Assembly: GCA_951406725.2 (NCBI GenBank)
Contig: OX597833.1
Location: forward strand, 11,532,001-11,596,000
DNA length: 64,000 nucleotides
From: Octopus vulgaris
Taxonomy: Eukaryota
Reading direction: 5' to 3'
The notes below the pieces were generated by a model, which saw only the letters and a program-made list of their open reading frames with translations, did not search any database and had not been told where the DNA came from. Both the position numbers and the translations under genes were made by a program. Each line of letters begins with the position of its first letter. The first letter of the stretch is position 1. Below, piece after piece: positions 55,878 through 64,000 of the stretch.

Positions 55878-56042
55878 TTAAATTTTCTGCTGCTTAAAAT
55901 AAAGCATATTACTCTACCACTGGTATTTGAGTACTCTTTTTTCCACCTTGTTTCACATTTATGTGTTTACTTCGGTGTAACCCGCTCCTTAGAAAAGTTT
56001 GAGCGACTCTGCACAAGTAGGAAGAACAAACAGCTGAAAAAG

Positions 56043-58177
56043 ATGGAACTTTACCCGCTGGATTTTTCTCAGAAAAATATACCCATCCCTGCACGGAAAC
56101 AATATCTCAAAGGTCTTATAGAGAAAACGGAAGTGTTTATTCGAAGATTGAGATGGAAAGCCTTCTTCTTTGATAATAAGCAGAAAATAGAAGGAAACAA
56201 ATATGGATTTAAATCTCCCAGAAACCCGCCACCGATTCCGGAATTAGAAGCCTTCGAGAAAGACCTTTTCGAGCTTATTAGTAAAATTAAATTCCGCAAA
56301 TATACCAACCAATTGCAGAGAAATATGAGAGAAAAAATTAAGGAAATTAGCGACTCGAATAAGATCTTCGTTAATTCTGATAAGACAAGGAACTTATATG
56401 CACTTGATAAGGACGTTTATAAGCGCCTGATTTCGAATAGTGTCACGGACACATACAAAAAAGACAACACGAATATATACAAAGAGGTGAACTTAGAAGC
56501 AAGAGGAATAGCTAACGATCTTAAGATTAGCGATAGGATTGAATATCTTTCACCACGACCAGCTTTTATTACTCTGAAAGACCATAAAGCCAATTTTAGT
56601 AGAAACCCCAAATGTAGATTGATAAATCCGGCTAAAACTGAGATAGGAATTATTAGCAAAAATATTTTGGACCGTATTTTAGTTAAGTTAGATAGTGAAG
56701 TAGACTTGAGAATTTGGAAGAATAGTAAGTCAGTCATAGAGTGGTTTAAAGGTATTAGCTATAAAAATAATTGTAGTTTCACACAATTCGACATTATTGA
56801 CTTTTACCCGTCAATATCTAGGACGTTGCTCCTAAGGGCATTGGACTTCGCCAAGCAGTATGTCAACATCGATAGCTCGGAAATTGAAATTATTATGCAT
56901 GCGAGGAAATCGCTTCTTTTTTTCGAGGATTCCACCTGGATTAAGAAGACTGAGGATTCTCTTTTCGATGTACCGATGGGGGCATACGACGGGGCTGAAT
57001 TATGTATGCTCATAGGAGCCTTTATTCTCCATAATCTAAAAATAGAATTCCCATTTATAGATGCAGGTTTATATAGGGATGACGGCCTTATAGCCACGCA
57101 TAATCTAAACGGCCATGAATCAGATAGACTTAGGAAGGACCTTATAGCTTTCTTTCAAAGGATGGGCTTACGGGTTACGATAGATGCTAACCTGAATAGT
57201 GTAGATTTTTTAGACGTAAATTTTAATGTAAGATCGGATAGATTTAAACCTTTCCGTAAGCCCAATGAAAAGCTATCGTATATTAGCAAAGATTCGAACC
57301 ATCCACCAGTTATCCTTAGGAACTTAGTCAGCAATGTAGGTAGAAGAATATCTTCAATTTCTTCGGACGAGGCAGCATTCCATAATGCTGCACCTTATTA
57401 CGATAGCGCATTAAAGAATAGTGGATTCTCTGAGAAGATCCAGTTCAACCAGCTTAATGCTGGTAATAATGCTGCACGAAGAACTAGGACCAGGAAAGTT
57501 TTGTGGTTCAACCCGGCTTTCAATTTGGCCGCAAAGACTAATATAGGTAAGGAATTTTTGAGATTAGTCTCTAAGCATTTTAAGCAGGGTCATAAATTCT
57601 ATAGAATATTTAATAGAAGAACCCTGAAGGTTAGCTATTCTTGTTGCAGAAATTTCGCCTCTTACATTAGCCAACATAATAGGAAGCTAATTGAGATTAG
57701 ACATGGTGCCGAGCCCATTAAGAAATGTAATTTCAAAAACGAAAGCTCCTGTCCGTTAGAAGGGAAATGTCTTGTGAAAGGAGTAGTTTATAGAGCCAAG
57801 GTGCAAGTGGAAGGCTCATCGGAATACAAGACATACACAGGGCTTCAGAAAATTCATTTAAAACAAGATTTTATTCTCATAAAAATTCATTTAAATACCC
57901 AGAGAATAGGAAGAAAACCAGCCTAGCAAAATATGTCTGGGAACTAAAAGAAAAGGAAGCCCCACCTTTCAACGTGACATGGAGCATTCTGGACAGGGCG
58001 GCACCATACAGGCATGGAGCTTACAAAAATAATTTCAAGTGCAAGCTTTGTCTATTAGAAAAAATGTACATCTTATTCAAAGACAATAATTCTTTGAATC
58101 AAAGAAGTGAGCTAATGAACTTATGTAGGCACGCGGCTAAATTTAAAATGTCGAATATAAATATACCATATGGATAG
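56043..58177 (+). pseudogene. PLE RT-GIY-YIG ORF with a single frameshift at ~57840
   Basis: ATG at 56043. Adding one G at ACAGGGCTT restores YTGASENSFKTRFYSHKNSF..SLAKYVWELK, which joins the 57974-58177 frame. Confidence 0.85.
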
Positions 58178-59207
58178 AGTATATATTTTGTATTTTTGAT
58201 TTTGATTTTGACTCTTGAAGGATGAGCGCTACGATGGATTTTGTTTTGTTTCAAAACTATGCGGATCTTAATCCGTATAGCAAAGTCTTATGTTTCTACA
58301 TATATATTAGGAAAAACCTACAAACTTTGTTTTCATGTTATTGTATTGCATAGGATTACCTTGATTATTTATATTACCTTGATTATTTATAAATGACCCA
58401 AAATAGGATGCTATATTTTATTTTATATGCCTTTCGTATATATTTTTATTAATGCACGCATTTTTTAAAAGCAGTGTTTTTAAAAAAAGCAATGTTGTCA
58501 AAATTAGAATGTTTATATAAGTATGTGTATAGCAAAGCATATATTTGTAAGCATGCGTATCTGTGTATGTGTAAGTGAAAGTATGTTTGTGCTTAAGCAC
58601 ACATATACACAACTGTATGTATATGTATCCATCCAAACTTGTATGTATACTGGTCTATATATGCCAATAATACCGTTACACTGCTTGTATACATAATTTT
58701 TATTTTTTTATTTTTTCTTATTTCGTTTTTTCCCCACCCCTCCTTCGTTCCTTTTTCTCTCTCTCCCTTTCTTTCGTTCCCCCTCCTTGCTCAGTATATG
58801 AGAATTGCTACATAGATGCGTGCGAGACGGTTTGCGTGAATATATGTATACATGCTTTTATGTGTATATTTAGATTTATATTCAAACGTCTGTATATGGA
58901 TATATAGCGTTTACGCGCATCCTTTTGTGTATGTTGATAGATATATGTAGATTTTAATATAAATATGTATTGCAGTATTTATAACAGGGAATGCTACTGA
59001 GATTCATTAACGTCAATAGGTTTTTCCTCCGATTTTATAATTTTTATAATTTTTATAAGTTTTTTATATATATATACATATATTTTTGACCTTTTTGTTT
59101 ATCGCTCGAAGATTGACCGTTTTTTCTAAAGGGCCAATCAAACAAGTCCATTTCGTATAGATTGAATTGATATATCAGTTCCATTCTAGCAAAAACTGTC
59201 TGATGAA

Positions 59208-60741
59208 TGAAAGGAGTAGTTTATAGAGCCAAGGTGCAAGTGGAAGGCTCATCGGAATACAAGACATACACAGGGCTTCAGAAAATTCATTTAAAACAAG
59301 ATTTTATTCTCATAAAAATTCATTTAAATACCCAGAGAATAGGAAGAAAACCAGCCTAGCAAAATATGTCTGGGAACTAAAAGAAAAGGAAGCCCCACCT
59401 TTCAACGTGACATGGAGCATTCTGGACAGGGCGGCACCATACAGGCATGGAGCTTACAAAAATAATTTCAAGTGCAAGCTTTGTCTATTAGAAAAAATGT
59501 ACATCTTATTCAAAGACAATAATTCTTTGAATCAAAGAAGTGAGCTAATGAACTTATGTAGGCACGCGGCTAAATTTAAAATGTCGAATATAAATATACC
59601 ATATGGATAGAGTATATATTTTGTATTTTTGATTTTGATTTTGACTCTTGAAGGATGAGCGCTACGATGGATTTTGTTTTGTTTCAAAACTATGCGGATC
59701 TTAATCCGTATAGCAAAGTCTTATGTTTCTACATATATATTAGGAAAAACCTACAAACTTTGTTTTCATGTTATTGTATTGCATAGGATTACCTTGATTA
59801 TTTATATTACCTTGATTATTTATAAATGACCCAAAATAGGATGCTATATTTTATTTTATATGCCTTTCGTATATATTTTTATTAATGCACGCATTTTTTA
59901 AAAGCAGTGTTTTTAAAAAAAGCAATGTTGTCAAAATTAGAATGTTTATATAAGTATGTGTATAGCAAAGCATATATTTGTAAGCATGCGTATCTGTGTA
60001 TGTGTAAGTGAAAGTATGTTTGTGCTTAAGCACACATATACACAACTGTATGTATATGTATCCATCCAAACTTGTATGTATACTGGTCTATATATGCCAA
60101 TAATACCGTTACACTGCTTGTATACATAATTTTTATTTTTTTATTTTTTCTTATTTCGTTTTTTCCCCACCCCTCCTTCGTTCCTTTTTCTCTCTCTCCC
60201 TTTCTTTCGTTCCCCCTCCTTGCTCAGTATATGAGAATTGCTACATAGATGCGTGCGAGACGGTTTGCGTGAATATATGTATACATGCTTTTATGTGTAT
60301 ATTTAGATTTATATTCAAACGTCTGTATATGGATATATGGCGTTTACGCGCATCCTTTTGTGTATGTTGATAGATATATGTAGATTTTAATATAAATATG
60401 TATTGCAGTATTTATAACAGGTTTAATTTCTATGCATTAATTTGCACTGTCTTCATTAACGTCAATAGGTTTTTTCCTCGGATTTTATAATTTTTATAAT
60501 TTTTATAAGTTTTTTATATATATATACATATATTTTTGACCTTTTTGTTTATCGCTCGAAGATTGACCGTTTTTTCTAAAGGGCCAATCAAACAAGTCCA
60601 TTTCTTTTTAAAGGTGTAGCGTTTGTAAGAGTATAGATTGAATTGATATATCAGTTCCATTCTAGCAAAAACTGTCTGATGAACGGCAACGAGAAACTCA
60701 GAGTTACAGATTTTGTTAAATTTTCTGCTGCTTAAAATAAA

Positions 60742-60742
<1 letters not shown>
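59208..60742 (+). repeat. Tandem 5'-truncated copy of the PLE 3' end (equivalent to 57775 onward)
   Basis: Identical ORF tails at 57974 and 59407, offset 1433. Confidence 0.92.
60666..60715 (+). ncRNA. Minimal type I hammerhead in the 3' pLTR
   Basis: Identical to 55828-55877. Confidence 0.72.
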
Positions 60743-60800
<58 letters not shown>

Positions 60801-61518
60801 TACATATATATATATTTATATATATATATATGTATGTATGTATGTGTATATATATATAAATATATATATCTCTCTCTATATAAACGGCAGTTTGTCTCTG
60901 TGTGTTTCTGTGTGTCTGTTTGGTTGTACCCTCACTCGATACTCGCTGGTGATTTAATTTCTTATTGTTGAGCATCAGTGTTTAGGAAATGGTGCAAGGT
61001 GTGAGGGCTACGTGTTCCGGTTATGAGGATGTCAACTAATCTTGTGGTGAGGTCACGAAGATGTATAGACACAGGTAAAAACAAAATAGGTGGTGAGAGG
61101 ATTACTACTTACATTCCTCTCAAAAATGATGGAACCATCATATATTTCTATGATATTACTTCAAGTGGGGTTTATTGATATTTAAGACAGAACTCAAAAT
61201 ACAGTTAAACGAAATACAATTTTATTTCCACATTTTAGTTTTATGAACTGATCCTTATACAATGTTTATCTAGAATTATTCACTCAGCTTTGCATTGTTC
61301 TATAAGCATAATTCTCACATTCTCCGGCGCAGATTTTCTCTCCATTATAATATTTTTCTGTTAACTAGTAGCGCAGAGTATTTTAACAATTTATATAACT
61401 TCGATAAAATATTATCAAACAGAATTTAAAATGTCTATATTGTTTTATGTTATTATATTATGTCTTGTAATTGGTTAACATAAGATTTCATAGAGAAGCA
61501 AACTCAACCATATTCCCT

Positions 61519-62017
61519 TCAATATTTACTGCACACAACGCAGGTTAATATGCGACCATAGACATACGGTGGACATGGCAATGAACCACAAATTCCCTTC
61601 ACAAAATATAATACGGCTCCATTTTCGTTTCTGTAACCTGCTGGATCAGCTTCTGGTGCATAGTCCACACACACACATATTCATGCCTGCCCTTCTCAGC
61701 ATGACCCTCGGTCATCAAATATCCTGAATATTCAGCTGTCCAACCAGCGTAACACTGTGTCATGGCTGGTAACATCATAACAACAGCAGGTTGTTGTGTC
61801 AAACAGACAGCGCATGGAACGTTGTGATCTTGAATTGATTCAGCGTTAGCATAAGAAAAGATTTTTTTCTCATTGAAATAATGTTGATATTCACTGCCAT
61901 ATATGTGACCCCCATTTGCATCTCCTCCAGCGTAATTGGCCCAAATGGGGTCGTTAGGTAGACATAAGAGATTACTTCCTCCGCCTGTGTCGTTATAAGG
62001 TGATCCACCAACCACAC
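61519..62017 (-). pseudogene. Copy D exon 4 with a +2 frameshift in a coding (GT)n run
   Basis: 499 nt instead of 497. TAT GTG TGT GTG TG GAC at ~61663-61680. The downstream frame still reads DYAPEADPAGYRNENGAVLYFVKGICGSLPCPPYVYGRILTCVVCSKY*. Confidence 0.88.
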
Positions 62018-62156
62018 CTAGAATTGGTAAGAATAAATCAAATAAATAAAATGTTAAGTAAAGTGAAATAAGAAAAACGTGGATTAAAAGAAATCCTTGA
62101 AAAGGAACTTTCAATTTTAAATTGGCGATTATAAATAGACACACATACGCGCGCGC

Positions 62157-62187
<31 letters not shown>

Positions 62188-63341
62188 AGTGTGTGTGATT
62201 GAGTTTATATGTGTGTGTATATCAGTGTGTGTTTGTGTGACTTTGTGTCTATGTGTGTGCGCGTGTGCATGCGTCTATGTGTTTGAACATTCACTATGTT
62301 TACGTGTGTAGGTTTTGTGTATACAAACTAGTATCGATGCGATTGTAAGCTGTGTTGCTGAATGAATGTTTGTGTATGAGTTAAGAACTGTACGTGTCTA
62401 TGATTTATATGTATATATGTTGTAGGTGTACGCCAACGGGTTTGTGTAGGTAATATTTATGAATATGTCTAGATACATGGCTGTAGATGGTTGTGTGCAG
62501 ATGTCAAAAGAGTGCGAAGGGAAGGCCGTTACGTCACGCATTTCCTCTAAAATGGAAAAAGACGATTTTGTTCAAATTTTAACGGAGATAAAATAGAAGA
62601 ACGATACAAGGAATTTTTAACCAATATAAATGGAAGAACACGGTGAGGTGCAGAGTATTGACAGTCGATGGGTAGTTAAAAGTTATTTAACAGAACATCC
62701 TGCACAGCGTAGCTAAAACTCTCGGCTAGTCGTGGACAGGTCACGTGAAGATACACGTTAGGGTCACGTTGGCTTTATTTGCTGCATCACTGGGGTAATT
62801 TTACTTCTGAAGGAAAGTGAGTGGAGAAAGGATTGTAAGGTTCAGTTTAGGCTGAATGGGGAAAACTTTAAAGAAACCGTTAAGGGTTCAGTTGTAGACA
62901 GGTAAAAATCTGTTCCATCGTATTTTAAAGCAAAAACAACTCACGTTTAAAAAAAGAAATGTTGAAGGGGAAGAAGTGGAAAATAGTGTCTTCTGCCTTA
63001 CCACGAGGCACTAGCGTGATTAAGTAGTGGAATAGTGCGTAGTTAATGCATACAGTCCTTCGGTAACTATATTCTTTGGTTGGTACTTTCGATGATATCC
63101 TGTTCGTGTGATCATTCTTGACGGCATTTATACTTCGGCTATGAGCAAATAAATTCGACGGAGAAAGTAGTTTTGTGTAATCTCAAGAGAATCTATAATC
63201 GCCGTTTAAAACGTGATATACTATAATAGGAAAAACGTTTGTGTAGATCAGAAAGAAGGAGGGAGAGGGAGAGAGGAAGAGAAAGAGAGAGAGATAGAAA
63301 GAAAGAAATAGAGTGAGAGATTAGAAACAGAATATACTAAC

Positions 63342-63416
63342 CATCGTATTACAGACTGGAATTACGTGGACATTTTGTTCTACCCCACCGGGTATACAGG
63401 GATCCAGGACCGGGTC
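63342..63416 (-). pseudogene. Copy D exon 3 with an in-frame stop
   Basis: CTG TAA TAC GAT versus CTG GTA TAC GAT in copy C (stop at 63349-63351). Exons 1-2 would lie beyond the window. Confidence 0.88.
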
Positions 63417-63805
63417 CTGTGAAATTGCGAAGGAAACAATGTAGTTTAAAAGAAAATAATTGGTGAACCATGTGGGAGAGAATTTCTTGGCTGGGAATTA
63501 ATGAATTGGGGAGACAATGATTAGAAGGAAGGAAGGAAGGAAGGAAGAGAGGGAGGGAGGAAGGAAAGAAGGAAGGAGGAGAGGATGGAATGAAGGAAGG
63601 AGGGAAGGGGAGGAAGTAAGGAAAGAAGGAAGGAAGGAAGGAAGGAAGGAAAGTGTGGAATGAAGGAAGGAAGGAAGAAAGGAAGGAAGAGAGGGAGGGA
63701 GGAAGGAAAGAAGGAAGGAGGGGAGGAAGGAAGGAAGGAAGGAAGGAAGGAAGGAAGGAAGGAAGGAAGGGTAGATGGGAACTTGATAGAGGATTTAAAG
63801 CGTTT

Positions 63806-63848
<43 letters not shown>

Positions 63849-64000
63849 AAAAGAGGAAGAAAGAAAAAAGAAAGATAGAATGAATGAAAGAAAGAAAGAA
63901 AGAATGAATGAAAGAAAGAAACAAACAAACAAACAAAGGGTTTGAAAATTCTTCTTCCTCTGAACGTAAAGCTGATTCCGAGAAATAGTCCCCCACGCCT

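Larger units (their letters stand above)
55650..60742 (+). mobile_element. Penelope-like retroelement, Naiad-like clade: pLTR + full ORF + 1433-bp tandem 3' repeat
   Basis: KNIPIP, PMGAYDGAE, LYRDDGL, WFNP, CNF..CPLEGKC, VVYRA..YTG and CKLCLLEK..LNQRSE..CRH motifs. The terminal repeat carries an HHR. The element ends in AATAAAG followed by (TA)n. Confidence 0.9.
60936..64000 (+). repeat. Segmental duplicate of the gene C block 39921-42775
   Basis: Near-identical 3' flank and introns. Confidence 0.92.

Noticed and set aside
56043-58177. Possible selenocysteine recoding, as known for some Naiad elements
   Set aside because: No in-frame TGA at conserved Cys positions. The ORF break is a 1-nt frameshift.
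63349-63996. 215-aa hydrophobic ORF ending in YTRWGRTKCP
   Set aside because: Intronic (CTTC)n/(CTTT)n read-through into exon 3 of copy D, not a real N-terminus.

Overview
AT-rich, microsatellite-saturated animal DNA, most likely octopus (inferred from the tRNA/Nin-type SINEs and repeat landscape). The only host genes I can support form a minus-strand tandem cluster encoding type II membrane-anchored proteins. Each has a spongin/short-chain-collagen C4-like (NC1-related) Cys-rich domain but no collagen helix. I reconstructed a 4-exon structure from splice sites and phases. Copies A (20924-10527, 256 aa) and C (52175-40504, 255 aa) are intact. Copies B and D are disrupted, and a fifth decayed exon (E) lies near 7.7 kb. 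The paralogs share a nearly invariant framework interrupted by short hypervariable segments that differ mainly by non-synonymous changes, while flanking non-coding DNA of sister copies is nearly identical. This suggests a diversifying recognition-protein family. The rest is mobile DNA: Neptune-like and Naiad-like Penelope elements with hammerhead ribozymes (HHR), a non-coding ~352-nt HHR-bearing retrozyme-like repeat inserted in intron 1 of both intact genes, a young CR1 LINE, remnants of RTE, R4, Gypsy, Tc1, mariner and Helitron elements, SINEs and palindromic MITEs. All alignments were done by eye, so repeat boundaries are approximate.
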